This document shows positions 45,552 to 55,036 of a stretch of 64,000 bases of DNA, one piece after another. Within the stretch, counting starts at the first letter, position 1; the number at the start of each line of letters is the position of its first letter. The notes under the pieces are model-generated. The model was not told the origin of the DNA. It saw nothing but the letters and a program-made list of their open reading frames with translations, and did no database searches. Position numbers and translations under genes: made by a program. Source of the DNA: Sphingomonadales bacterium (GTDB lineage: Bacteria; Pseudomonadota; Alphaproteobacteria; Sphingomonadales; Sphingomonadaceae); assembly GCA_031370535.1 (NCBI GenBank), contig JANMQN010000169.1:26619-90618 (forward strand), read 5' to 3'.

Positions 45552-48521
45552 ATGACCTTATCGCTCGACTCTGCCCGCACCGCCGTCCGTCCTTTTCACC
45601 GCAAGCCAGAACCGGAGGTGCTTGCCCCGCTGGTGGTTGCAGCGCAAGTCGATGCCAACGAACGAGCGGCGATAATAGCAAGCGCGCAAGATTTGCTTGC
45701 AGACTTGCGAACCGCACAGTCCGACGGATGGGTGAACCAGTTTCTGCAGGAATATCGCCTGGGGACCGAGGAAGGGACTGCACTTCTGTCGCTCGCCGAG
45801 GCTTTTTTGCGGGTTCCAGATCCCGAAACTGCCGACCTCTTAATTGCCGACAAGCTGACTGATGCTGATTGGCGCGGGCATAAGGGTCAATCATCGAGCC
45901 TGCTGGTCAACAGCGCGACGTGGGGACTGGTGCTTGGCAAGGCGGTATTGGGCGATAGCAACAGCAGCCTGAAACGCTTGATCGCGCGTGCCGGTGAACC
46001 TTTTGTCCGGCAGGCCGTCGGCGCCGCGATGCGGTTGATGGGGCAGGTTTTCGTTATGGGTCGTACGATCGATGAAGCAATGAAGCGGATGGAGTCCAAG
46101 GATAATCGCGGCTTCACCGCCAGCTTCGACATGCTCGGCGAAGCTGCCCGAACCAAGGCAGATGCAGAGCGCTATTTCCAGTCCTATGTCGGCGCAATTG
46201 CTGCGGTTGGCAAAAAAGCCGATCGCGGCCACAGCGTCTCGGTAAAGCTCTCGGCGCTTCACCCGCGATATGAAACCGCGCAGTCGGCCAAATGCGTTCC
46301 CGAGCTGACCGAAATGGTCCGTGAACTTGCACGATCGGCGGCGGCACTGGGCGTTCAGCTGACCGTTGATGCCGAAGAAGCGGCTCGGCTTGAAATGAGT
46401 TTCGATATTATCGAGGCCGTCGCGCGGGCTCCGGCGCTGAGCGGTTGGGACGGCCTGGGCATGGCGGTGCAAGCCTATTCAAAACGTGCACGACCCACGA
46501 TAGCCTGGGCCAATGCGTTAGGCGCATCGACCAAGCGTATCATGCAAATTCGGCTGGTCAAAGGTGCTTATTGGGACAGCGAAATCAAGCATGCGCAAGA
46601 ACGCGGACTGTCCGACTTTCCCCTATTCACCCGCAAACCTGCGACCGATGTGTCTTACCTAGCCTGCGCCAAGGATATGTTTGCTGCGAACAATATCCGA
46701 CCGGCATTCGCCAGTCACAATGCCTTGACCGTCGCGACTTTGCTCGAATGGGCAGGGACCAACCGTGATTTCGAGTTTCAGCGCCTCCACGGCATGGGCG
46801 AGGGGCTGTTTGAACGGTTGGTGCGTCAGAAAGGATATCACTGCCGCACCTATGCGCCGGTGGGCGGTCACCGTGACCTGCTCGCTTATCTCGTTCGGCG
46901 CCTATTGGAAAACGGAGCGAACAGCAGCTTTGTGCACCAGTTGGCCGACCAGTCGGTGAGCGAGGATGATCTCCTCGCCGATCCGGTTGAGAAAGTTATA
47001 GCAGTCGGCGGGATGGGACATCCGGCGATTGCACTACCTGCTGACCTGTTCCGCCCCGAGCGTGCAAACAGCCAGGGGATGGATCTGGACGATAGTGCAT
47101 TGCTGACCGAAATCGCCGCCGAGGTTACCAAACCAGCAAAGTTTGATGGCAAGGCCAGCACCAATGCCGAACGTGCCATTACCACTGCGCTGGGTGCGTA
47201 TCCCACATGGTCGGCAACACCCGTGGATGAACGCGCAGACTGTCTGGAACGCCTGGCCGACCTGCTAGAGCAACATCGCAGCCCGTTGATGGCGATTGCT
47301 GTGCAGGAGGCGAAAAAGACCATTCCCGATGCGCTCGCCGAAGTGCGCGAGGCTATCGATTTCTGTCGCTATTATGCCGTCCGAGCGCGTGCCGATTTAC
47401 TTCCGGTAGAACTGCCCGGACCGACCGGTGAGCGCAACGTGTTGCGCTATGAAGGCCGCGGGGTGTGGGTGGCGATAGCGCCGTGGAATTTCCCGCTGGC
47501 GATTTTTCTTGGGCAAGTTGCGGCGGCGTTAGTAGCGGGCAATACGGTAGTGGCAAAACCAGCGCCGCAAACACCAGCAATTGGCGCATATGCGGTCGAT
47601 TTGGCGCATCAGGCGGGTATTCCGAAGGCTGCGCTGCAGCTCGTAGTTGGCGGCGGCGATGTCGGCGCTGCGCTTACCGCCGATGTGCGGATATCGGGCG
47701 TGGTGTTCACCGGATCTGTGTCAACCGCAAAAGCCATAGCGCGCAGCCTGCTCGCTGATGACGCGCGGCCATTGGTGCCATTGATTGCCGAAACCGGCGG
47801 CCTTAATGCGATGATCGTCGATTCGACCGCTTTGTCCGAACAGGTCGTGCGCGATGTGATCGTCTCGGGTTTCCAGTCGGCGGGGCAACGCTGCTCGGCA
47901 TTGCGGGTGCTCGTGCTGCAGGAAGATATCGCCCAGCACACGCTCGAAATGCTTGGCGGCGCGATGGATGCGCTGAATGTCGGCGAACCCGCTGATCCTG
48001 CGACCGACATCGGGCCGGTTATCGATCAGGCATCCTACGACAAATTGATGACGTATCGTGAAACCGTGAAAGATCGCATCGTCCACAGCATCGCGGTGCC
48101 AGCGAAAGGCCTGTTCGTGCCGCCAACCGTCATCCGCCTCGACGATTTAGACGAACTTAACACCGAATATTTCGGCCCGTTGGTACATGTCGCGACATGG
48201 AAAGCAGGAGCGCTTGAAGCCACTGTCCAACGTGTCAACGCCAAGGGCTTTGGCCTCACCTTGGGCCTGCATAGCCGGATCGCACGGAGCAGCGAGGTGG
48301 TCGAAGGACTGGCACGCGTCGGCAATCTCTATATCAACCGTTCGATGATCGGCGCAGTGGTCGGCAGCCAGCCCTTTGGCGGCGAAGGCCTGTCAGGCAC
48401 CGGCCCCAAGGCTGGCGGCCCGCATTATCTCTACCGCTTCTGCGCCGAGCGCACGACGAGCACCGACACAACGAGCGCGGGCGGTAATGCGTCGTTGCTG
48501 TCGCTTGAGGACGATATCTGA
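45552..48521 (+). CDS. putA: bifunctional proline dehydrogenase / L-glutamate-gamma-semialdehyde dehydrogenase
   Basis: 989 aa. PRODH barrel (VSVKLSALHPRYE, LTVDAEEAARLE, RLVKGAYWD, FASHNA) followed by an ALDH domain (IAPWNFPLAI, ETGGLNAMIVD, SAGQRCSALR). No N-terminal RHH DNA-binding domain. Confidence 0.95.
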   Translation: MTLSLDSARTAVRPFHRKPEPEVLAPLVVAAQVDANERAAIIASAQDLLADLRTAQSDGWVNQFLQEYRLGTEEGTALLSLAEAFLRVPDPETADLLIADKLTDADWRGHKGQSSSLLVNSATWGLVLGKAVLGDSNSSLKRLIARAGEPFVRQAVGAAMRLMGQVFVMGRTIDEAMKRMESKDNRGFTASFDMLGEAARTKADAERYFQSYVGAIAAVGKKADRGHSVSVKLSALHPRYETAQSAKCVPELTEMVRELARSAAALGVQLTVDAEEAARLEMSFDIIEAVARAPALSGWDGLGMAVQAYSKRARPTIAWANALGASTKRIMQIRLVKGAYWDSEIKHAQERGLSDFPLFTRKPATDVSYLACAKDMFAANNIRPAFASHNALTVATLLEWAGTNRDFEFQRLHGMGEGLFERLVRQKGYHCRTYAPVGGHRDLLAYLVRRLLENGANSSFVHQLADQSVSEDDLLADPVEKVIAVGGMGHPAIALPADLFRPERANSQGMDLDDSALLTEIAAEVTKPAKFDGKASTNAERAITTALGAYPTWSATPVDERADCLERLADLLEQHRSPLMAIAVQEAKKTIPDALAEVREAIDFCRYYAVRARADLLPVELPGPTGERNVLRYEGRGVWVAIAPWNFPLAIFLGQVAAALVAGNTVVAKPAPQTPAIGAYAVDLAHQAGIPKAALQLVVGGGDVGAALTADVRISGVVFTGSVSTAKAIARSLLADDARPLVPLIAETGGLNAMIVDSTALSEQVVRDVIVSGFQSAGQRCSALRVLVLQEDIAQHTLEMLGGAMDALNVGEPADPATDIGPVIDQASYDKLMTYRETVKDRIVHSIAVPAKGLFVPPTVIRLDDLDELNTEYFGPLVHVATWKAGALEATVQRVNAKGFGLTLGLHSRIARSSEVVEGLARVGNLYINRSMIGAVVGSQPFGGEGLSGTGPKAGGPHYLYRFCAERTTSTDTTSAGGNASLLSLEDDI

Positions 48522-48731
48522 TTAGTGAATGGTACCTAGCGTCGTCTCGACGCTGAGCACGATAATCAGCCGCTCAATCTGGCGCCAGCGGCAGAAATTC
48601 AGGTGATTGCCGACATTGCGGCTATGTTCTGCCCGGTCGGCCGCCTCCAACCCTGCGGCTTTGCCGAACCGGTCGATTAGTGCTTCCGCTTCAAAAACAT
48701 CGCGCGGTTCGACATAGAGCGGCAGATACAT
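48522..48731 (-). CDS. small conserved hypothetical protein (69 aa)
   Basis: MYLPLYVEPRDVFEAEALIDRFG...NHLNFCRWRQIERLI. The FCRWRQIER tail resembles small alphaproteobacterial proteins I recall, which is unverified. No clear RBS. Confidence 0.45.
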   Translation of the reverse strand: MYLPLYVEPRDVFEAEALIDRFGKAAGLEAADRAEHSRNVGNHLNFCRWRQIERLIIVLSVETTLGTIH

Positions 48732-48908
48732 AAGCGGAGACGGCTTTCCATTTTGATCGGGTGGCAGACAGGCCCGGGTGAATTTGGCCTGTCTGCCGGA
48801 CCTTTTTACAAGTTGGAGGTCGCATTTCCGTCAAGGCAATTGGTTAGCGCAAATTAACGACGATGTTGGTGCTTGCTTGGGGCAGGGCATTGGTGGCAAA
48901 GGGCGGGC

Positions 48909-49091
48909 ATGTCAGGAACAGAAAACAGCCAGCCCCGCCTTGCCGGCGGCATCTTCATCGCTCTTGGACTTTTGGTCGGGGCTATTGGCGGCGTCGTCAT
49001 GGATCAACCGTCCGCCGGAATGGTTATCGGGTTGGGTGTTGGCGCCGCCATTGCTGTGGCTGTATGGCTGTTTGACAGCAAGCGTAGCTGA
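48909..49091 (+). CDS. small membrane protein (60 aa, two Gly-rich TM helices)
   Basis: MSGTENSQPRLAGGIFIALGLLVGAIGGVVMD...GLGVGAAIAVAVWLF. It lies directly upstream of the PQQ-type dehydrogenase. Confidence 0.45.
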   Translation: MSGTENSQPRLAGGIFIALGLLVGAIGGVVMDQPSAGMVIGLGVGAAIAVAVWLFDSKRS

Positions 49092-49105
49092 TAAGGACCA
49101 GCATT

Positions 49106-50428
49106 ATGTGGAAGCATGTTCGCAATATCACGCTGATTTTTATCGTCATTGCCGCCGCCGTGATTTGGTACATGGCGAGGCCTGATGTCGCGCAATTGCC
49201 GCTTGATGCGGTGACTGGTCCAAATCCGCAGATTACAGAGGCGCGTGAACAAACTATTCCAACGATCAAGGTCGCCGATGTCGACCGCTGGAAAGCAGGC
49301 GAAACGCCAGTTGCTGCTCCCGGCCTGATCGTCGAGCGCTTTGCCGACGGCCTCGATCATCCGCGCAACGTGTACGTCCTGCCCAATGGCGACGTACTGG
49401 TCGCCGAAACCAATTCTCCGCCGCGCGACGGCGGCGGGATTGAGGGAATGGTCATGCGATGGCTGATGGGCAAGGCCGGGGCGGGAGTCCCTTCGGCCAA
49501 CCGCATCATTTTACTGCGTGACGCCGATGGAGACGGCAAGGCGGAAGTCAAAGCGCCGTTCATCACTGGCCTGAATTCGCCCTTTGGCATGGTATTGGTG
49601 GGCGACAGGCTGTTTGTCGCCAACACCGATGCATTATACTCGTTTCCCTACAAGGAAGGCGACACAATGATTGCCGGTAAAGGCAAAATGCTGACAAGGT
49701 TGAACGCCAAAGCGCCCAATAATCACTGGACGCGAAATCTGGCTGCGTCGCCGGATGGCAAAAAGATATACATCTCGGTCGGGTCGAACAGCAACATTGC
49801 AGAGCGCGGGATGGAGTTTGAGGTTGGACGCGCGATGGTGTTTGAATATGACATCGCGAAGGATGTCAAAAAGCCATATGCCGTCGGCCTGCGTAACCCG
49901 GTCGGGCTCGATTGGGATAATCAGGGGCGCCTCTGGACCGTGGTCAACGAACGCGACATGCTGGGTTCGGACCTAGTGCCCGACTATTTGGCCTTGGTCG
50001 AATTCGGGGCGGATTATGGCTGGCCGCAGCATTTCTGGGGCGGTTTTACCGACCATCGCGTTTCGCCGCCCAAGCCGGAAAAGCGTGAATACGAACGTCG
50101 TCCCGATTATGCGCTGGGTACGCACACCGCCCCGCTGGGATTGGCATTCGGCTATAAAGCAAAGCTTGGCGCTGGCCTGACCGATGGCGCATTCATCGCG
50201 CGTCACGGCTCCTGGAACCGGAAACCGGCTTCCGGCTATGACGTGATTTTTGTGCCATTTCCTAAAAGTGAGCCTGTCGGTAAACCCGTTAACGTGCTGA
50301 CCGGCTTCCTCGACAAGGAAGGCAAGGCGCAAGGTCGTCCGACAATGCTCGCGGTTGCAAAGGATGGCTCGCTATTGGTCAGCGACGATGTCGGCAATGT
50401 GATTTGGCGGGTTCGAACGAAGGGCTAA
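49106..50428 (+). CDS. PQQ-dependent sugar (sorbosone/glucose) dehydrogenase family protein
   Basis: N-terminal TM anchor. Beta-propeller pattern LPNGDVLVAETNS...RIILLRDADGDG...LNSPFGMV...LFVANTD...GLRNPVGLDWD...WTVVNERD...GWP. Confidence 0.8.
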   Translation: MWKHVRNITLIFIVIAAAVIWYMARPDVAQLPLDAVTGPNPQITEAREQTIPTIKVADVDRWKAGETPVAAPGLIVERFADGLDHPRNVYVLPNGDVLVAETNSPPRDGGGIEGMVMRWLMGKAGAGVPSANRIILLRDADGDGKAEVKAPFITGLNSPFGMVLVGDRLFVANTDALYSFPYKEGDTMIAGKGKMLTRLNAKAPNNHWTRNLAASPDGKKIYISVGSNSNIAERGMEFEVGRAMVFEYDIAKDVKKPYAVGLRNPVGLDWDNQGRLWTVVNERDMLGSDLVPDYLALVEFGADYGWPQHFWGGFTDHRVSPPKPEKREYERRPDYALGTHTAPLGLAFGYKAKLGAGLTDGAFIARHGSWNRKPASGYDVIFVPFPKSEPVGKPVNVLTGFLDKEGKAQGRPTMLAVAKDGSLLVSDDVGNVIWRVRTKG

Positions 50429-51240
50429 ATCTTTCGTCCCGCGCGGCCTGCCAGTTCGACGGTGTAATGCCACGCCACACGGCCTGAGCGTCCACCACGC
50501 CCATGTGCGAACGCAAGCGCGTCAGCTTCGTCCCAGTCCAGATCGAAATGGCCAGCATAGGCGCTGACCATTTCCAAATATGCTTCCTGATCAGGATATT
50601 GGAAGCCAAGCTTGAGTCCAAATCTGTCCGCGAGCGCGAGATTGTCATCGATATTGTCGCGCGCGTTCAGCGGTTCGTCTTGTTCGCTGGCGATCCGTTC
50701 CACGATGTTTCTGCGGTTTGACGTGACATATATCCGTACATTGTTCGGACGTGCTTCGACACCGCCCTCAAGCAGCGAGCGGAGCAAGCGAGGGCCGCTG
50801 TCGTCGCCATCAAAGGCTATGTCGTCGAGAAACAGAATGAACCGTCGTCCCGATACGGCCAATTCTTCGAACAGCTTGGGCAGCCTGTTGACATGACCGC
50901 CAGCCGCCTCGACCAACGCGATGAAGAAGCCGTCCTCCTGCATCGCCGCTACAACCGATTTCACCAGTGCCGACTTTCCCATGCCGCGCGCGCCCCACAG
51001 CAATACGTCATGAGCAGCCGCGCCCGCCGCATGGCGGCGTGTGTTTTCGATCAGATCCGACTTTTGCCGGTCCACGCCAACGATAAGGTTGGCAGGCAAC
51101 GGGCGAAAATGATGTGCCGCCGCCAGATTCTTGCCATCCCAATGATAAGCTGGATGTGCCGACATATCCATTGGCGGTGCGGGCGGTGGTGACAAGCGCT
51201 CGAGCGCTTCGGCGATGCGTTTGAGGGTGTGATCGTTCAA
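50425..51240 (-). CDS. DUF815-type AAA ATPase
   Basis: Walker A LLWGARGMGKSALVK and Walker B FILFLDDI. The TTG start at 51240 overlaps the upstream TGA stop (TTGA). ATG 51171 is an alternative start. Confidence 0.75.
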   Translation of the reverse strand: MNDHTLKRIAEALERLSPPPAPPMDMSAHPAYHWDGKNLAAAHHFRPLPANLIVGVDRQKSDLIENTRRHAAGAAAHDVLLWGARGMGKSALVKSVVAAMQEDGFFIALVEAAGGHVNRLPKLFEELAVSGRRFILFLDDIAFDGDDSGPRLLRSLLEGGVEARPNNVRIYVTSNRRNIVERIASEQDEPLNARDNIDDNLALADRFGLKLGFQYPDQEAYLEMVSAYAGHFDLDWDEADALAFAHGRGGRSGRVAWHYTVELAGRAGRKI

Positions 51241-52973
51241 GCGGCCAATTCCCCGGCATCCAGGGCGTACAGTAGTTCAGACCCCGCCATCGCCGTGCCT
51301 TTGAGCGCTATTGCCTCTGGTACCATTACATCCAGATAATAACGGCAGGCGACAATTTTGGCTTTCAGAAAGGCGTTACCAGCATCCGCCACCAACTCAG
51401 CCTCGGCAGCGCGCAATTGCTTGAGCATTAGCCAGCCCGAGGTCGCGACCGCCATCATCGTTGTGTAAGCATAGCTGCCAGCCAACCGGTCATCGATGCT
51501 TGCCCCTAACATATATTCGGTAACCTCGCTGCAAGCGCCGGTCAAAACAGAAAGCCCGGGCTGACTGCCTGCATCCGCAACAATCGCCTGCAAATGGCGC
51601 CTAATGACATTACCGGCCTCCATACCGAGCTTCCGCCCAACCAGATCGGCGGCCTGGATGCCGTTGGTGCCTTCGTAAATCGCGGCGATCCGGATATCGC
51701 GATAATATTGCGCCGCGCCGGTTTCTTCGACGAAGCCCATGCCGCCATGCACCTGAATTCCAAGCGAAGCAATTTCGCTGCCCAGATCAGTGCCGTAAGT
51801 TTTTGCGAGAGGGGTTAGTAAGTCGACGATCTCGCCTGCACCAGGTTCACCTAATGCAGAGCGGTCGACGAAACCCGATGCGTAATAAAGTAGAGCACGT
51901 ATCGCCTGTGTGCCCGCCTTCATCCGCAATAGCATCCGCCGCACATCGGGATGCTCGATGATCGCGACTGGCTCTCGGGATGATCCTGCCGCCTTGGCAG
52001 ATTGGATGCGCTCGCTTGCAAACCACATCGCCTTTTGCGTTGCGCCTTCGGCAATTTGGACGCCCTGTAGACCTACGTTGAGTCGCGCATTATTCATCAT
52101 TGTGAACATCGCCCGCATGCCGCCGAATTCAGGACCGATCAGCTCGCCGACGCAATCACCCTCTTCGCCAAAAGCGAGCACGCATGTTGGCGATGCGTTA
52201 ATACCCATCTTATGTTCGATCGATACAACTTTGATATCATTGGCGTTACCGAATGATCCATCACCCGCAACCTGATATTTGGGTACAAGGAACAGCGAAA
52301 TTCCCTTGGTACCGGCAGCCGCATCGGGGGTGCGGGCCAACACCAGATGGATGATGTTTTCTGCCATGTCATGATCGCCGAAGCTGATATAAATCTTCGT
52401 GCCGCGTATCTGGTAAGTGCCATCGCCACGCGGCGTTGCGGATGATTTGAGTGCACCCACATCGGATCCGGCCTGAGGCTCGGTCAGGTTCATCGTGCCC
52501 GTCCACTCACCCGTTGAGAGTTTAGGGAGGAAGGTCGCCTTTTGCGCATCCGACCCATGATGGTTGATAGCCTCAATCGCACCGACAGAAAGGATCGGGC
52601 AAAGCGCAAACGCCATGTTCGCTGCACCGAGTGAGTCGAGCGCAACGGTTGCGAGGCTGAAGGGAAGACCCTGACCGCCGAAATCAGCGGGCGCGTTTAT
52701 CGACCCCCAGCCATTGGCGACATAGGCCTTGTAGGCGCTTACGAACCCGTCAGGCATAACAACCTTACCGCCAACCAGGCGAGCGCCAACCGTGTCGCCA
52801 ATACGATTGAGCGGCGCAAATTCGCCCGCCGCAAATTCGCCAATGCCCTCGACAATGGCCTGCACCATATCCGGCGTAGCATCGGCAAACCGGTTGTGTC
52901 CGGCCAGCGCGTCTATGCCGGTGATATGCTTCAGAACGAACAGCTGCTCGGCGACGGGTGCGGTGAATGCCAT
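51237..52973 (-). CDS. long-form acyl-CoA dehydrogenase (about 578 aa, with extra C-terminal domain)
   Basis: TGEWTGTMNLTEPQAGSD, HGGMGFVEETGAAQYYRDIRIAAIYEGTNGIQ, and a C-terminal extension of about 120 aa. Confidence 0.85.
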   Translation of the reverse strand: MAFTAPVAEQLFVLKHITGIDALAGHNRFADATPDMVQAIVEGIGEFAAGEFAPLNRIGDTVGARLVGGKVVMPDGFVSAYKAYVANGWGSINAPADFGGQGLPFSLATVALDSLGAANMAFALCPILSVGAIEAINHHGSDAQKATFLPKLSTGEWTGTMNLTEPQAGSDVGALKSSATPRGDGTYQIRGTKIYISFGDHDMAENIIHLVLARTPDAAAGTKGISLFLVPKYQVAGDGSFGNANDIKVVSIEHKMGINASPTCVLAFGEEGDCVGELIGPEFGGMRAMFTMMNNARLNVGLQGVQIAEGATQKAMWFASERIQSAKAAGSSREPVAIIEHPDVRRMLLRMKAGTQAIRALLYYASGFVDRSALGEPGAGEIVDLLTPLAKTYGTDLGSEIASLGIQVHGGMGFVEETGAAQYYRDIRIAAIYEGTNGIQAADLVGRKLGMEAGNVIRRHLQAIVADAGSQPGLSVLTGACSEVTEYMLGASIDDRLAGSYAYTTMMAVATSGWLMLKQLRAAEAELVADAGNAFLKAKIVACRYYLDVMVPEAIALKGTAMAGSELLYALDAGELAA

Positions 52974-53024
52974 GATTCTTAAAAAATCCTGTGAAAGCGG
53001 GTCCTGGGTCGCCTATAGCCACGA

Positions 53025-53984
53025 ATGATGTTTGGCTCAAATACGTTAGGTGAAGGCTGGGTACTCCCCGCCGATGACGCCGCGATTACCGCTGCTGCCG
53101 ACCTTTTGCGTGGCGGGCAAATCGTCGCGATTCCCACCGAGACCGTTTACGGCCTCGCCGCCGATGCCAGTAATGCCGACGCCGTCGCGCATATCTACAC
53201 TGCAAAGGGTCGCCCTGACTTCAACCCGTTGATCGTGCATGTCCCAGACAAAGCCGCAGCCAAAAAGCTCGCGGATTTTAATGAACTGGCGGACCGGCTG
53301 GCAGTCGCATTCTGGCCCGGACCGATTACCCTTGTCCTGCCATTGCGCGGTGATGCGCCTGTCACGAAAGCGGTCACCGCAGGTTTGCCGACAATTGCCA
53401 TTCGCTGCCCCGCACACCCGGTCATGCAGGCTGTGCTAACCAAAAGCCACCTCAACCTTGCTGCCCCCTCGGCTAACAAAAGCGGCGGTATCAGCCCCAC
53501 GCGCGCCCAGCATGTCCTGACGAGCCTTGGTGGCGCAGTGCCGTTGATATTGGATGCCGGGCGCTGTGCTGCAGGTCTGGAGTCCACGATTGTTGCTGTG
53601 CGTGAAGGTGGCTGGCAGATATTGCGGCCAGGTCCGGTCACCGAAACTGAAATATCGGAGGTCGCCGGAAGCGACGCAATTCCCCTGACCGACACGAAAA
53701 TCGAAGCCCCGGGGCAACTCGCCAGCCATTATGCGCCATCGAAAAATGTGCGATTGAACGCAATTGCAAAAACGGGCGGTGAATGGCTAATTGGCTTTGG
53801 CGCAATTGACGGTGACGACAATCTTTCACCAACGGGCGATCTGGCACAAGCTGCAGCCCATCTGTTCGACGCGCTGCATCGCGCTGATGCGAGCGCAGCG
53901 CACTCTATCGCCGTAGCTCCAATCCCGGGTGAAGGCATCGGCGTTGCCATAAATGACCGTATCGCAAGAGCTGCTGCCCGGTGA
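53025..53984 (+). CDS. L-threonylcarbamoyladenylate synthase (Sua5/YwlC type, with C-terminal Sua5 domain)
   Basis: IVAIPTETVYGLAADA, AKGRPDFNPLIVHV, PGPITLVL and SANKSGGISPT are present. 319 aa. Confidence 0.88.
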   Translation: MMFGSNTLGEGWVLPADDAAITAAADLLRGGQIVAIPTETVYGLAADASNADAVAHIYTAKGRPDFNPLIVHVPDKAAAKKLADFNELADRLAVAFWPGPITLVLPLRGDAPVTKAVTAGLPTIAIRCPAHPVMQAVLTKSHLNLAAPSANKSGGISPTRAQHVLTSLGGAVPLILDAGRCAAGLESTIVAVREGGWQILRPGPVTETEISEVAGSDAIPLTDTKIEAPGQLASHYAPSKNVRLNAIAKTGGEWLIGFGAIDGDDNLSPTGDLAQAAAHLFDALHRADASAAHSIAVAPIPGEGIGVAINDRIARAAAR

Positions 53985-54952
53985 AGCTGATAGCTTTAAC
54001 CGCGCTATTGTGTGGCCCTGTGGCGCCCGCTTTAGCCACTCCCGCCCAGGTCACGGCGTATCGCGCGTTGGTTCAGCAGGATTTGCGGCTGGCCACCATT
54101 GGCTACCGATTGGCATCGACCAACGCGCCATTCTGTGACCGGCGGGAGCGTAACCCCGGCTGGGTAATACACGATGAACAGCAATATCCGGATCGTGACG
54201 TCGCGCGAGCGGCCTTTGGCTTCCGCACCCCGGTGGTGGTTTCCGCAGTGGTTTCCGGCGGGCCGGCGGACGCGTTGGGCGTTAAGGCCGGCGACGGCGT
54301 GTTCGGGCTTAATGATGAAGCGTTCAACATACACACCGGCGTTCATCACAAACCCAGTGCTGAGCGCATAGAGACGATCCAGAAGGCGTTGAGAGAGGCG
54401 ATGGCGGCGAACGGCGCCATCCGGCTCACATTGGAAACCGCCGGAGGTCAAGAGCGAGTCACTCTCAATCCGCCCGCCATCTGCGCATCCCGTTTCTGGG
54501 TCGATACACGGTCCAAGCTGGATGCAGGTGCCGATGGCGAGGGCATAAGGGTGACTGAGGGCTTGATGGCCTTCACCGCGCGGGATGATGCCGAGTTGGC
54601 AGCAGTGATGGCTCACGAACTCTCGCATAATTTGCTCGGCCACCGAGAGCGTTTGAATGTGTCCAAGCGCCGCAAAAACGAAATACTGGCGACAGAGATT
54701 GAGGCTGACCGATTGTCGGTATGGCTGATGGCCAATGCGGGCTATGACCCCAACGCTGCCTTGCGTTTTGCAGAGCGATATGGCCGCAAAATGGGACTGG
54801 GGATATTTTCCGATGGCACGCATTTGCGTTGGAAAAATCGTGTCAGAGTAATGCAGTCCGAAATCGACCTGATGCAAAAAACCGGAAAACAGAATGGGCT
54901 GCTTCCGCCGCCCCTGTTGGTTGGTGATGAATTAGCCACGCTCGGTAAATAA
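53981..54952 (+). CDS. secreted zinc metallopeptidase (HExxH; M48-like) with PDZ-like segment
   Basis: GTG 53981 overlaps the upstream TGA stop (GTGA). Signal peptide ends ALA-TP. HELSHNLLGH zinc motif. VVSGGPADALGVKAGDGVFGLN is PDZ-like. Confidence 0.55.
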   Translation: MKLIALTALLCGPVAPALATPAQVTAYRALVQQDLRLATIGYRLASTNAPFCDRRERNPGWVIHDEQQYPDRDVARAAFGFRTPVVVSAVVSGGPADALGVKAGDGVFGLNDEAFNIHTGVHHKPSAERIETIQKALREAMAANGAIRLTLETAGGQERVTLNPPAICASRFWVDTRSKLDAGADGEGIRVTEGLMAFTARDDAELAAVMAHELSHNLLGHRERLNVSKRRKNEILATEIEADRLSVWLMANAGYDPNAALRFAERYGRKMGLGIFSDGTHLRWKNRVRVMQSEIDLMQKTGKQNGLLPPPLLVGDELATLGK

Positions 54953-54981
54953 TTAAGTTGCATATCAGGATGCTATTTCAT

Positions 54982-55029
54982 CCTTCCCTGCTTTCGCCTA
55001 TCACAGAACCGAGAGCGATGCAGGGAAGG
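54982..55029 (+). promoter_or_regulatory. stem-loop whose 3' arm contains the Shine-Dalgarno of the RND-operon MFP gene
   Basis: CCTTCCCTGC (54982-54991), a 28-nt loop, then GCAGGGAAGG (55020-55029), a perfect 10-bp stem. The 3' arm overlaps GGGAAGGG, which sits 6 nt upstream of TTG 55037. Confidence 0.45.
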
Positions 55030-55036
55030 GCACAAA

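Noticed and set aside
54032-54877. 281-aa minus-strand ORF
   Set aside because: It is antisense to the HExxH peptidase gene (53981..54952), which has a signal peptide and a zinc motif. The antisense product has no family features.
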